Assembly: GCF_006345805.1 (NCBI RefSeq)
Contig: NC_042997.1
Coordinates: forward strand, 156,240,001-156,304,000
DNA length: 64,000 nucleotides
Origin: Octopus sinensis
Taxonomy: Eukaryota
Reading direction: 5' to 3'
Numbering within the stretch: position 1 is the first letter of the stretch; every line of letters begins with the position of its first letter. Below the pieces are notes generated by a model that was not told where the DNA came from, searched no databases, and saw only the letters and a list, made by a program, of their open reading frames with translations. A program made the translations under genes and the position numbers. Positions 10,601 to 24,152 of this stretch are shown here, one piece after another.

Positions 10601-10779
10601 AAAAAAAAATGAGGTCCCATCTTGGCAACAAAAAAAAAGGCCCAAAATCATATCATTTATGTCTATTCCTCCTGCACTCAAACTATCCCTATAAAGTTTT
10701 CCCCACAACTCCTCTTCCTAACACCCATCTGTCTATCACTCTTCCAACTTTAACACTATGTATTCAACTGTTATAATTT

Positions 10780-11240
10780 TATGAGAGCAAATTGGAACAT
10801 ATTTGTTTCACCTTTTGTTTTATCTCTTCCTGTCACCCTCTCCACCTTCTCAATATTATCTTTTACTACTTTGTTCTCCAAAGAATTCTCTTTTCCCCTG
10901 AACATCATTTCATATTTGCCATTAGCAGGCCCCCACCACCATCTTCATTCATCATTTACTATATCCACTCCTATGTACCTCTGACCTCCATCCCAGTCAT
11001 TGTGCTGCCCCCCCTCTCTTACTCCATATTTCACATCATTTCCCTCTCCATCATTTGTCTATGGTTTTATACTGCTGTTCACCTACTTCCTTTTATGCTG
11101 TCACTTATCACCTCCTCCTTCCTGACTCACTCCTATTTCCTTCACCTTCCCCCACCTACACCTGATATTCTCCATAGAACACTCCCACCACCTATGTTCC
11201 TCATTGACAGCAGTCACCTCTGTCCCCATCCCTAAAAATC
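10780..11240 (+). pseudogene. Possible highly decayed Penelope-like RT/thumb fragment
   Basis: FSPEHHFIFAIS, IYYIHSYV..TS, HPSHC and LSYSIF loosely echo the Penelope FHPxLxFTxxIS / HSYLxYxSSHP / IPYSQF series. Eyeball match only. Confidence 0.3.
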
Positions 11241-12044
11241 TGTCACTTTTCTTTCATACTCTTGCAAACTAACCTTTCCAGTTTCCCTTTCTGATCTCCT
11301 GTTCCTACTTACTTTTATATTCACTTTCTTGTACCTGGAGGGTACACCCTAACACCTCATCATCACAATCTTTTCCTGTCCTAACAGCTGGAGTGCTCAT
11401 GTCTCTCTTCTACAGAAAAAACACCTGTTCCAGTCCCTGTATCAGACTTTAGCCTCAGGACACTTGATACAAAGCCATCTCCCACTCAGTCAAGGAGTCT
11501 TGCCTTGCAAGTTACTTGGTGACTTCACCAGTGCCATTGTCACAAGAAAAACGTCCAGTGCACCCTGTAAAGTGATTAACATTAGGAAAGTCACCTAGCC
11601 ATAGAAATTATGTTAAAGGAGAGGCAGACATTGATGCTTGAAGCAGTCCTCAGGCTTGTTGGATCCTGTTGAACAATGCAACCCATGCCAGCAAGGAAAA
11701 TGAATGTTAAAAGATGATGACATATGTCTGGAGTTGATAGTTTACTCAGAACCACTTTAGCAGTATAGTAGGCCCCCAGGTAAATCACAACATTCAGTCC
11801 TTTTGTATTTATTGACAGCAAACCACAACATATATAGGTGAGAATTGAGCCCCAAAACTTGTAGGGCCCCGGGGCAACTGTCCATATACTCATTCCTTAA
11901 GACAGCTCTGGGTTCACTCCTTTACAAGTTTGAGTATTGATGAAGTGAATAATTAAACTTTATGTATTAAGTACTTTTTTCTTCATTCATATACTCAGAC
12001 AAACAGGTGTGTGCATGTGGACGCATGCTTGCATGAATATATAC

Positions 12045-12079
<35 letters not shown>

Positions 12080-12539
12080 TGTATGTATGTATGTATGTAT
12101 GTATACACACACACACACACACATACTCACATATATATATACACATATTACATATTTATATATATATGTGTGTGTGTGTGTTTGTATGTATGTATGTATG
12201 AATATATATATATACATGTATGTCCAAACTCCACAGAAGACTCAATACACATAATGCAGACAACCGTAGAGTGAATATATTTATAACAGGTTTATTTGTT
12301 TTTGCAGTGACTATGTTTCCATGCTATTGTAGGATTCACCTGATTAACCCTAGAAGAGGGTAAAAGCATAGTCACTTTGCAAAAACAAATATCTGTATGA
12401 ATGTATATATATATATATATGTATATATATAAGTGCGTGTGTGTGTGTGTCGGTGCATGCGTGTGCGTGTGAGTGTGTTCTTCCATTAGTGAAAGGTTTT
12501 CAGGTAATGCTCTTGAAGGCTTCAAGAGCATTATCTCTA

Positions 12540-15500
12540 TGAAAACCTTTGGCTAATGGAAGGATGCTTTTAGTGAAACTTAAAGCTAAGCAATGTAACA
12601 TCAGTATTATTGTTTGTTACAAATCTATAAATAATGCAACTGATGAAAAGAAAGATTCTTCCTACCAATTATTGCTAAACAGAATTGATAGTATAACAAC
12701 AGGATCTATGAAAATTTTGATTGGTGAGCTAAATGTGCAAGCTGGCAGTAGCAACGAAGGTATAGAACAAATAATGGGCATAAAAGGGCTTGGAAATGGT
12801 AAGATTAATCATACTCTGCAGCACCAACAATCTCATCATAGGAGCAAATCTGTTTAAAGAAAATCATAGGCTTTTGAGCAAAGCCCTGAATGGGGGCTCA
12901 TACTTGCATGATCACAGCATGTTGCGATCAGCATTGGCCCCTAGGTAACTATCTAATGTACCCAAACTTTAAGATGACAGCATAGGAGGTACTCTCTTTA
13001 AAAACAAGGCTGTTATTCATACATGTAGTAGGATCTCTCCAGGTAAAAATGTATTGTTATCAAATAGATCATATTTTGATAAATTAGTAATGTAAGAAAT
13101 AACTGCCAAGCACTAGAACATATTGAAATGTATACATCAAAAATGACTATTAGTAGTGTTAGGGACAATTCACATGAAACTGAAGGTCAAGGAAAAGAAG
13201 AAAAGGTTTACCAAGTTTGATTGAGAAGAGTTCAAAGATAATGGAGTAAAGGATGAAACTGTAATTGAATGTCAAAATCGATTTGTAATGCTAGAAGCTG
13301 TAGATGAAGATGTATACATCAATAGCATGTGGAAGAAATAAAGAAAGAATATCAGAATGTAGTGAAGAGTGATCTGGGTTGAAGAAGAAAGATAAAAAAA
13401 GAAGAAATGGATTTCAGATGAAACATGGAAAGTTATTGGGGCATGAAAGGAACAAAAGCAAATTTTGGAAAATTAGAGAGGGAATAAGACAGACCTTAAA
13501 GTGGGAATAGCTAAATACTGGAGTTTCAATAGGGAGGTGAAAAGGTGTTGAAGAAGAGATAAAAGAAGGTTTTTGTAAGTGAAAGATAATGAAGTAGATA
13601 AACTGTTCTGTGCAAGAGACAAATGAGGAGTCAGCAGTTGTTAATGAAATAATAGATAAAATTTCAGACAAATAGATCAAAAAGGCCACCTGTGCTCAGT
13701 ATTGCTGGAGAAATACTCTGATAATATCTCTACTACAAGTGAAGCTGGAAGTAACTGTACATGAAATATCTGTTAAAGCAATATTACTAGCTATGGCTGT
13801 ATGGTTAAAAAGTTATCTTTGAAACCAAATGGTTTGGGGTTCAGTCACACTGTGCAACACCATGGACAAATGATATTTACTATAGTCCCTGGTTGAACAA
13901 TGTATTGTGAGGGAATATTGTAGATGGTAACTCTGCAGAAAGCCCACTGTGTGTGTGTGCATGTGCTGTCTCTCACTTTTAAGTTCTCTAAGTTAGCAGT
14001 TCAACAAAAATAGTGACCAAAAGAATAAATATCACACTTTAAAAAATATGTACTGGAGTTAATTTGATGTGTTAAGTAATTCAAGATTGTATCCAAGTAT
14101 GGCTGTAGCCAAATAATCAAGATAGGAAAAGAGAAAATTAAAAAAAACAGCACAACTTCTGAATTGGAAAGAATTGCAGGAGAAATGCCAAAAACAGAGA
14201 AGCATATGACAGCAAGAACATTACTGAATCAGTTTCATAGCATATGGAATATAAAAAGGATACCTGAAGATTTGAAGTTTAGTGCAATGACTAAGGTACC
14301 AGAAATGGTGTGTTTCAGAGACTGTGACATGAGAAGAAGTATAAGCTTCTGCAGCTTTGAGTTGAAAATGTTCTGTCTGGTTACTTTGAATGTGAGGGAG
14401 TGCTGAAAAGTTCCTGGGTTTAAGGGTATAGCAAAAGGCCTGATTGGAGGTCAAACCTTCTGAGTTCTTTTACAGGGCTTAGGACAACTGAAGGACCACT
14501 GCAATAAGTGAGTGAAGTTGAGATGGGAATATGAGGAATAAAATTCTTATTAACTGATTCTCCTGTATTTTCTTTTACCCAGAGCCAGGAACTTTTCAGC
14601 ATCCCTTCATACTGTATTGGAAAGTATACTAAGAGATGAACATGCAGGCTTCCATCTATTATAAGATTGTAGTGATTAACTATTATTGCTCAGGCATATT
14701 ATACAACAGTATGTTTATTTCAGACAACTTTTGCTAATGGCTTTTGTGAACTGTGGAATGATTTTTGGTAGCGTACACATTGCTGCAACTTGAAAGATAC
14801 CATGCTGTTAGGGCATGCTTGAAAATATATAAATCTAGTAGGTACAATAAATAGAGAAAATAAGTTTAAATCAAGCATAGATGATCAGCTTTCAAGTGAA
14901 TCTGAACTTGGGAGTGGAGTACAGCATGCAGGTATTGTGTTTTTTTTTCTCTCTGTTTGTTGTAATAAACTACAAAGGAAACAGTCATAAATGGAAGAGA
15001 AGGGATTGAATGGATTTATGGAAATTGTTTGTCAGATTGCAATTATGCTAATGACATTGTATTGCATAATAATGGAATATCAAAAATACAAAGAATGACA
15101 TACAAGCATACAAGCTTAATGAAATAAGCAAAGGTGTGGCCTCAAAGACAAGCATTAATAAAATGGAAATTATGAAGACTGAGCAAACAGATAGAAGAAA
15201 TGTGTTGTTAAATGGGCATATGCTGGAAAAGTTAAATGAATTTAAATATCTTGGAACTTTTATAGAAAGTGATGGCTCTGCAGAAATTGGATTTAATGAA
15301 AGATTTAAGAATACAAGTCAAGCAATGGGAATACTTTCTAATGTGCAAAAATCCCATAGACTGGTGAATCATATGAAATTAAACTGTTTACATCACTAGT
15401 AAAATGTGATCTAGTATTTGGCAATAATTATGGAATAGCAATGAAAATAAAGCCAGTCATTTTAGGGTCTTGAGAATAAAGCATTAGAAAGAATCTTCCA

Positions 15501-15560
15501 GATAAATGAAATGATTTTGTGACAAATACAATAGTTTGAAATCTAGAAAGTACAATATAA
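12540..15560 (+). mobile_element. Fragmented RTE-clade LINE (APE endonuclease plus RT), interrupted by a SINE and a MITE
   Basis: APE: NISIIVCY, ILIGELNV.AG..NEGIEQIMG..GLG, YQIDHIL. Then WISDETW, IWNIKRIPEDL, LRDEHAGF, GVQHAGIV, NYANDIVL (YADD-like) and EFKYLG. Confidence 0.85.
14393..14609 (+). mobile_element. Mariner-derived MITE
   Basis: TIRs gagggagtgctgaaaagttcctgg / ccaggaacttttcagcatccctt. The interior retains the transposase C-terminal region. Confidence 0.8.
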
Positions 15561-17673
15561 AGATGAAGAATTTATAGTTTCAGATTTTGGCACAAGGCCA
15601 GCAGTTTTCAAGGAAGGAGTTTAACTCCGGGTCAAATCTGATTGATCAGAACCTTGGTTATAGGTTTGCTTAACTCAGGCTTGACCTGGGGTTAAACAAC
15701 AACAACAACAACATAACAATATTGGCAATAGTAAATTACAGAACTTTAGAATTGAATGTCTCACTAGAAAACAAACATCTGTGCAATAACAGTACTACTG
15801 GAATGGAATCAATTTTGTGTAGTTCTACCAATGCTAACTACATCAACACCAGAGTAAGTTGCTCATTAGAAGCTCTTGTTCAGATGATGAGCTATTGTAA
15901 ATATGGCAATTTGTAAATAGTTTTCTTTCAATTCAGAAATCATTGTTAGTATTCTTAACGAGAGAAAAAGTAGAAAAGAGAAAGAGTGTGTATGTGTGGG
16001 AATCTTTGTAAATCATTAACAGTTGATGAAATAATAAAGTCACAAACCTTATAGTTGTTACAGTTTAGCCCAAGGTCAGTTCTGATGAAGTAGACCTGTG
16101 ATCTGTCAAAAGTGTTACAGCCATAACCATAATGTTTTGTGTATGTGTGTATGCATGTGCACATGTATGTGTGTATTCCTTTTTCAGCTATCATGCATTT
16201 TATGCATGTCGTCATGTATCATATGCTTTTACAGCATGTTGATAACACTATAATGAAAGTTTTCCTGATTAAGTGTGAGTTCTTCCAACGGATGAAACAT
16301 GAGTTCTCCCATCAGATGAAGCCATAACATTACTTCATTCTGACTTTCTCATAGTGTTTTCTTGACAGAGATATTGGGGTGGGTTTGCTATTACCTTCCA
16401 AATGAAGGCAACGAGCTGGCAGAATCGTTAGCACACCGGGCAAAATGCTTAGTGGTATTTCATCTGTCATTACGTTCTGAGTTCAAATTCTGCCAAGGTC
16501 AACTTTGCCTTTCATCCTTACAAGGTCAATGAAATAAGTACCTGTCAAGTACTGGGGTTAATGTAATTGACTAGTCCCCTCCCACAAATTTTCAGGCCTT
16601 GTACAGCTGGATGGTTGTTGGCCCACAAGGGGCTCAGCCACCCTTCCACAGATCTTGTTTTTAGTTTTGTTGGCTATCCAGACACCCTTCTCACGAAAGT
16701 AGTAAGTTACTCAAGTGGGAAAGCTGGTTTAATTGTTGACCACTCAACCATGGAACAGGTAGTACTGGTTCACATAGTACCAGTAGCAAGTTTTATCAGT
16801 CTGTGATGAGATCTCTGACCTGATTTATGCTATGTCAACTAATATAGTATTAAATATCATTATCTTTAATATGGCAGGGCATAGTTTAAGGGAAATTTGG
16901 TTGCTATTATTAGGCCTAGTGACCATGTAGATATTTGTCCAGCTTGTCCCACTTTACCCCATACAATTCCCCATAGTTTGCTTTCAAAGTTGTTTACAAA
17001 AGTCACAAAAGGTCGAGCAGTAGAGTGAAACCACATGATGCAGGATAATTTCCAGTGTCACACACAGAAACACAGCGTATTTACAACAATACATCAAAGG
17101 GCACCATTTAGTCATATGGTTGACTATTTGTGTGTCATAGGTCAGCTCAGTCAGAACTGGCTTAGGGGTATACAGCCTCATAGATGCTCCACTTTCTACT
17201 TTTGGATTAGAGGTGCAGGCATGGTTACACGATTAAGAAGCTTGCTTTGCAACCAAGTGGTTTTGGGTTCAGTTCCAGTGCGTGGCACCTTGGGCAGGTG
17301 TCTTCTACTATGGTCTCAGTTTGACCAATATCTTGTAAGTGAATTTAGTAGATGGAAACTGTGAGGAAGCCTGTCATATGTGTGTGTGTGTGTATCCATG
17401 TGTCTCTATTTGTCCTTTACTCCACTGCTTGAGCTCAACAACCATTGTTGGTTTGTTTACATCCTTGTAACTTAGGTAGTTTTTAATACCTATTTTCACT
17501 TCAAAAAACTATGAAAATTATATTTTAACTCTCTTAGAGTACGGAAATGAAGACAAAAGAACAATAAAATAATTTGAAATTCTGGTAGTGTTGTTGTCAA
17601 ATGAACTTACAAATGGAGAAAGATTGGTGCATTTTTTCCATTCACTTTCTTTTGTGGAATCTAGATGATGGTG

Positions 17674-17701
<28 letters not shown>

Positions 17702-17717
<16 letters not shown>

Positions 17718-17749
17718 GATGATGATCATCATCATCATCATCATCACCA
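17702..17749. repeat. Palindromic (GAT)n/(CAT)n microsatellite with a mirrored interruption
   Basis: 24-bp perfect arms centred on GATC at 17724-17727. The GGT interruption at 17703-17705 pairs with ACC at 17746-17748. Confidence 0.9.
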
Positions 17750-18390
17750 CCATCCTCATCATCAACAACAACAACAACAACTACAACAACCTTATCTAAT
17801 GATGGAGGAAAGTCAGGAAAAAACTTCATTGCTGTATAAATATTCCATTTGTGATTGATTTCTCATATCAATAAGGGCTGCTTACATTTAGGTGCTTTTG
17901 ATGAAGTAGACACTTGGGCATCGACTGATGATAGCTGGAGCTATATAGAATTTTTTAAACATCAATTGATGACTTCCACTGTTCTCTAACAGATCATCAG
18001 TCAATGATATCTACCATTTAAGGCTTAAAACCATTACCTTCAGTAGACTAGGATCAAATGTAGAGGAAATTTATTTCTCATGCACTTAAAATCATAAAAC
18101 TGGAGCTAAACATCAGCCCTTAGAAGCTAGTGGGACTCATTGAGGCATTTAGGATTTTTACTCCACCATTACAACATTATATATGCAGTTAGAGTGTAAA
18201 ATAAAGTTAAGTGCAATGAAATGTTGAGGTCAGTGGCCTATGTCTCTGTCCCCACCCCACCCCGTCCCATCACCACCCGATGACAGTATCCCTTGAAGTT
18301 CAAGTGCTGTGTAGTCAGGTCAGTCATGGTTATCGTTGATTACAGAAGTGTCAAGGAGAAAAAAATCTCTTACTGTGACTTGGTAAATGA

Positions 18391-18439
<49 letters not shown>

Positions 18440-18899
18440 ACATTTAGCATCCATTGTCCATGCCGGCATGGGTTGGACAGTTTGACCAGGGCTGATAAGG
18501 TGAGGGGCTGCACCAGACTCCAGTCTGATTTGGCATGGTCTTTATGGATGGATGCCCTTCCTAACACCAACCACTCTGAGAGTGTAATAAGTGCTTTTAC
18601 ATGCCACCAGCTTGATAGATCTACGTTCTCAAGCACAACATATTCTTTTCTAATCTAGGCACACGGCCTGAAATTTTTGGGGAGGGAGCCAGTCGATTAG
18701 ATTGACCTCAGTATGCAAGTGGTACTTAATTTATCAACCCTGAAAAGATGAAAGGCAAAGTTGACCTCAGTGAAACTTGAACTCAGAACATAAAGACAGA
18801 CGAAATACCACTAAGCATTTCACCCGGTGTGCTAATGTTTCTGCCAGCTCGCTGTCTTCTAAGCACAACATATTACCAAATGTCTCAGTCATTTGTCAT

Positions 18900-19135
18900 T
18901 GCCTCCATGAGGCCCAACACTCAAAAGGTGCCTTTTATGTGCCATCAGCACAAATGCTAGTTTTATGATACTGGCATCAACTACATTGCCTCTGTGAGGC
19001 CCAACACTCAAAAGGTACCTTTTATGTGCCACCGGCACAGGTGCTAGTTTTATGACACTGGCATCAACCACATTGCCTTTGTGAGGCCCAACGCTCAAAA
19101 GGTGCTTTTTATGAGCCACTGGCACAGGTACCAGT
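18900..19135. repeat. 87-bp tandem repeat x ~2.7, SINE/LINE-tail derived
   Basis: Unit starts at 18900, 18987 and 19074. It contains the ggtgcttttatgtgccaccggcacagg motif also seen at 47720-47890. Confidence 0.85.
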
Positions 19136-19472
19136 TACATGACACCAACAACATCCATAACTATGATTTGACTTGGCTTGACTAATCTTCTTAAGTGACA
19201 GGAATTTTTCAATCGCAGATTAGGACTTGTTTTGTGGATAACTGAAAACCTTATACTCATATCTCTGTTCTTGCCAATTGCCTGAGTCAAAATGATGTTC
19301 AAATCACCTGTTTCTTCACATGACACCCCTTCATTTCTCACTGCAGGTGCATGGCTTACTATGTCACAATTGCTGAGGGCTGAAATCTCTTGGAGCCACA
19401 GAGAGTGACCCACTCATTGTGACAGTGAGCAGTATCACACAACTGTGATAATAAAATACCACCATTTCTGTA

Positions 19473-19716
19473 GATACAGATGCACAGAATGTGTGGTTAG
19501 GGTGGAAGCAGTTGTGATTCTTTGGTTCCTTACATGGATGCATCACCTGTTGTGAAGGTACAGATGCACAGGTGTGGTAAAGGTGGAAGCAGTTGTGATT
19601 CTTTGGTTCCCTACATGGATGCATCACCTGTTGTGAAGGTACAGATGCACAGGTGTGGTAAAGGTGGAAGCAGTTGTGATTCTTTGGTTCCCTACATGGA
19701 TGCATCACCTGTTGTG
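19473..19716. repeat. 81-bp tandem repeat x3
   Basis: The last two units are identical and the first is diverged. The 27-aa repeat appears in ORFs 19364..19723(-) and 19522..19731(+). Confidence 0.92.
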
Positions 19717-21918
19717 GTGCCATATGACTGAAGTCAAAGATAAACTTGTGATCAGTTTAAATATGCTTAAGAAATATTCAGATTGGTAACAAGTTTATAT
19801 TTGTACACATCACTGCTTAGTGCTTCTAATCCGGATTGAAGTCATTCTCTTCTTTTGGGAAAACACAATAACTTTATGTAGTGTGATGGAGGAAAAGGAC
19901 AACAGAAAAAGAAGCAACGGGAGAAAGAAATACAAAAGGCCTTACCTCGGCGAAATCAGCGGTCTCTCACAAATTCAACATGTCCTGTCGCTTTGCCGTC
20001 TATGCTGGAACTGACCACACTTCCTCGCTGGCCACATGTGCTTCCTGCCATGCATGTGCCCTTCACTCTTCTGCCGGCCCCTGCAAGCCCTACTTCCACC
20101 CACCTCATCTGTCATCCTCTCCACCAACACCACATAGCTCATCACGGCCCATAACACCGACCACTAACACCACACTTTAGATATCATTTTCCATTGTCTT
20201 CCTTATTCTTTCTCTCTTTCTTTTATTTATTTATTTTTGGCAATTGCTATATCATCATCAAATTAGATGACCAAACTATCACTCTCTCCCCACAACTAGA
20301 CAAAATTAAATAAAATGAGTACTAACAATGGATCTTCTATATGGTAGAAACATCAGCCAATTTATTCTTAAATTACGCTCTAATCATCTTGAAAAGGACA
20401 GCAGGTATTGGATAATGTACTCCAAGATACATACTGTCAAAGAGAAAGAAGAGGTGGCCACAACTGGGACATTCTTGACTAGAGGTATACTCAATAAGAA
20501 ATTACCAGATGCTAAATGGCAACCACGGCAAGCACCAAATATCCTTCAAATCACACTATATCATCTTAATGAAAGGGAAGACACATTGGGTAATCTAATC
20601 AAAGAAATACAAAATGATGGGATCATTACAACTGGAATTCACTTAATTATAGGTTTGTTTGGTCAGTGCTGAACTAGGACTTAACAGTAACTGAACAGAG
20701 AGACAGCATCATTCAGATAGATAAGAGTATGTTGCTTGGTGGTGATATTAATCTTTACTTGTTTCACTCATTGGACTGTGGCCATGCTGGGGCATTATCT
20801 TGAAGGATTTAGCTGAACAAATCACCTCTATGTTTTTTAAGTTTAATATTTATTCTATTAGTCTTGATTGATGAACTACAAAGTCCAGAGACATAAACCA
20901 CCACTGCTTGACTGGTTGCTGAGCAATGGTAAGGAACAAACAAAAGTTGAACACACACACATACACACATATTTATATGGCAGGCTTCCCCATAGTTTTC
21001 GTTTACCAACTTCATTGACAAGGCAGTGATTGGTCTGGGGTTATGGTAGAAGACACTTGCCCAAGGTACCACACAGTGGGACTGAACCCAAAACTGCTTG
21101 GTTGCAAAACAAGCTTCTTAACCACACAGCCATGCATGTTAAGTTTTTTTATTTTCCAATGTGCTAGCTGTCAATTCTAATTTTTTGGTATTTAGTGTTC
21201 CTAACACAAATAATATTAGAAACATTTTTTTCTGTTTTTCAAATAGAAAATAGTGTTGCTTTCATTTATGATATTTGTTTCAAATTTACAATATAATATT
21301 GTTCACTGTACAATATGTTTCAAAATAACTGGAATCGTATGACAGTTCCATTATACAGATTTACCAAAATGCTCAAGGCTAATGTAATTAGCATATGGCT
21401 TCTAATTAGAGTACTGGACTAGATTAAATAATAATCTCTATTATAAGTTTGAATCTTACTATGCTTAATTTGTTGTGGTTCACCTGTCTAAATGAAAGCA
21501 TGAGAATATGATAAATTACTATATGTTTTAAATCAGAATTGCTTGGTTAAATTCAAATACTGCTATAATTACCATGGTTTAGTTTACTCTTTTACAACCA
21601 TTCAGACCAGAGTTACAATAATCTTCATGCAGTCATTGACCTTTAGGTGTTTGGGCTGGGCAGGGCAGGGCATCATCACAACAAAGCCTTATGAGTTGAT
21701 TTGGTAAATGAAAACTAAAAGAAGCCCATTGTATGTATGTATGTATGTATGTATGTATGTATGTATGTATGTATGTCATTGTTCAGCTTTATTTCAAGAT
21801 TTCTTGCCAGTAGAGAAAGAGCTGGTTTCTAACCTAGATTCAAGGCTCCATTGAAATTTCTGTATCAGCAACAGGATATTTTTGTTTGTTTGTTTGTTTG
21901 TATGTATGTATGTATGTA

Positions 21919-21978
<60 letters not shown>

Positions 21979-22045
21979 CGTATGTATGCATGCATGTATG
22001 TATGTATGTATGTATGTATGTCTCTTCTATTTTTTAATTATTATA

Positions 22046-22541
22046 AATCTTCCATCGAGTAACTAAGATACAAAGTTCCATCTTTGGGATGTCGTTAACA
22101 CAGACAAATCCACATATGTATGTACATCTGCAGATTTGTATGTTTTGCTTTATGTATGTATTCTCATGCATATAGTTGCATATCTAGACATGCTCATATA
22201 TATTTAAATGCTAAACTTCTGGAACGTTTTACAGATTTTCACAGTTCAAGTGATGGATTAGATCTGTAGTCTTCAAAATAGCTTTCTCCTTTCTGATTTT
22301 GAGAAGCCTAATTTCTCAAGATTGGTATTAGGCAGTGTGTTATATATCCAAGGGCCCCAGTGATTACAGGTATAAACCTGAACTTGTTATCTGGATACAG
22401 TAACTGCAGATTTCTCAATAGTTCAGCATAGGTATTCTCTTTTGCACTGATCTTCAGCTTTATGTTAACATCTGCTTGGCAGCTAATTTCCACAACTGTA
22501 CACAGTTTCTCTTCTCTATCTCAAATCATTATATCAGATCT
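22046..22541 (-). mobile_element. 5'-truncated RLE-type (R4/NeSL-like) non-LTR retrotransposon 3' end
   Basis: RSDIMI*DREEKLCTVVEISCQADVNIKLKISAKENTYAELL...FRFIPVITGALG matches the PD-(D/E)xK RLE domain. Confidence 0.8.
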
Positions 22542-22550
22542 ACTCTCTCT

Positions 22551-22949
22551 CTCTTTTACTTGTTTCAGTCATTTCACTGCGGCCATGCTGGAGCACCACC
22601 TTTAGTCGAGCAAATCGACCCCGGGACTTATTCTTTGTAAGCCCAGTACTTATTCTCTCGATCTCTTTTTGCCGAACCGCTAGGTGACGGGGATGTAAAC
22701 ACACCAGCATCGGTTGTCAAGCGATGGTGGGGGGACAAACACAGACACACAAACATATACACACATACATATATATATATATACATATATACGACAGGCT
22801 TCTTTCAGTTTCCGTCTACCAAATCCACTCACAAGGCATTGGTCAGCCCGAGGCTATAGCAGAAGACACTTGCCCAAGATGCCACGCAGTGGGACTGAAC
22901 CTGGAACCGTGTGGTTGGTAAGCAAGCTACTTACCACACAGCCACGCTT
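22551..22949 (-). mobile_element. Young full-length SINE family A copy
   Basis: CpG-rich, undeleted version of the family from 3' tail to tRNA-like head. Confidence 0.9.
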
Positions 22950-23246
22950 ACTTTTATTGAGGTCTTCACTGGGATGTTATACCAGTTCTCCTTTGTATTA
23001 TGAGTGTCTACCATACTGTGGGTTCTTATTTATTAGTCCTTAGGGTTATCCTTCCGATGGATTTCATTAGAGTGTCCTAGCTACAACATCATGTCTCATC
23101 AGTAGATAATACCATCATGACATTTTCGGACAACTGTTTATGATGTGGGTGATATCTTTGGTGTTATGTATGTACACACACACACACACCAGACACACAC
23201 ACACACACACTCACACACACACTCACAAGCAAAAGAAACTGACATA

Positions 23247-23462
23247 AGGAGGTGCTGAAAAGTTTCTGGCTTTCAGGGTATCAGGAAATGCCTGGTTGGT
23301 GATGCAACCTTCCAAGTTCTTTTACAGGGCTTAGAAATACTGGAGGACCACTGCAATAATTGTGTGAATGAGAGAGTGAAATATGTTGAATAAAATCATC
23401 ATTAGCTGATCCTACTGTATTTTCTTTTACCCAAAACCAAGAACTTTTCGACCCCCCCTCGT
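23247..23462 (+). mobile_element. Mariner-derived MITE, same family as 14393-14609
   Basis: Matching TIRs. Internal [23 protein letters not shown] is a mariner C-terminus. Confidence 0.8.
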
Positions 23463-23469
23463 GTGTGTG

Positions 23470-23470
23470 C

Positions 23471-23527
<57 letters not shown>

Positions 23528-23570
23528 CATATATATATATACATATATATATATATACATATATATATAC

Positions 23571-23631
<61 letters not shown>

Positions 23632-23637
23632 AATATA

Positions 23638-23696
<59 letters not shown>

Positions 23697-23710
23697 GTAT
23701 ATATATATAT
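23470..23710. repeat. Long interrupted (TA)n microsatellite
   Basis: Direct reading. Confidence 0.97.
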
Positions 23711-23931
23711 GTATGTGTGTATTTGTTTGTGGAGACATTAGTTGTGATATCATATGATGATTTTAAATGACCATCAGCATCATACAAGTGATGTTTGGTT
23801 CTAGTTTACCAAGAGAACATTAACCTGCTTGGAAACAGGTGAGGGTTGATAACAGGAAGGGCACCATCTGTAGAAAATCAGTCTCAGCAAATTCCATTCG
23901 TCCCATCCATCTATGGAAAAGTGGTTATTAA

Positions 23932-24152
23932 CCCTTTAGTATTCAGATTATTCTGTCAAATGTAATGCTTATATAATCAAATTGTCTTGAATTAATCAGG
24001 CAAAAACATCGCAGCATTAAAATTTTGAGGATGAAGTTGCTTATTCTTAGAATGACATTGTAGGATAAGTGTGCAAAGCCAGATCCGGCCAGTTTGAACA
24101 TAGAACAGGTAGAATATTTGGGCTGGATATGACTGGTTTAAATGCTAGAGGG
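23932..24152. mobile_element. TTAA-flanked piggyBac-type MITE
   Basis: TTAA-ccctttag ... ctagaggg-TTAA; 221 bp. Confidence 0.8.

Noticed and set aside
11744-11910. Small hAT MITE
   Set aside because: TIR and TSD matches are too weak (about 6/8) to support a call.
16080-16125. Possible third HHR (ctgatga..gtagacctgtgatctgtc-aaaa)
   Set aside because: GAAA is absent, stem II is weak and there is no convincing stem I or palindromic stem III; at best a far-decayed relic.
17518-17858. Poly-His/Asp/Gln ORFs and similar YI, HT, CV and MYVC ORFs throughout
   Set aside because: They are direct translations of microsatellites, open in several frames for lack of stops.
17929-17950. CTGATGA followed by a TAGC-TGGA-GCTA hairpin
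   Set aside because: It is not followed by GAAA and no stem III or stem I can be drawn.
18900-19716. CRISPR-like reading of the 87-bp and 81-bp tandem repeats
   Set aside because: The units are contiguous near-identical copies with no unique spacers, there are no cas genes, and the context is eukaryotic.
20328-20672. 114-aa ORF as a host gene or LINE ORF1
   Set aside because: No motif recognised; it cannot be assigned without a database search.
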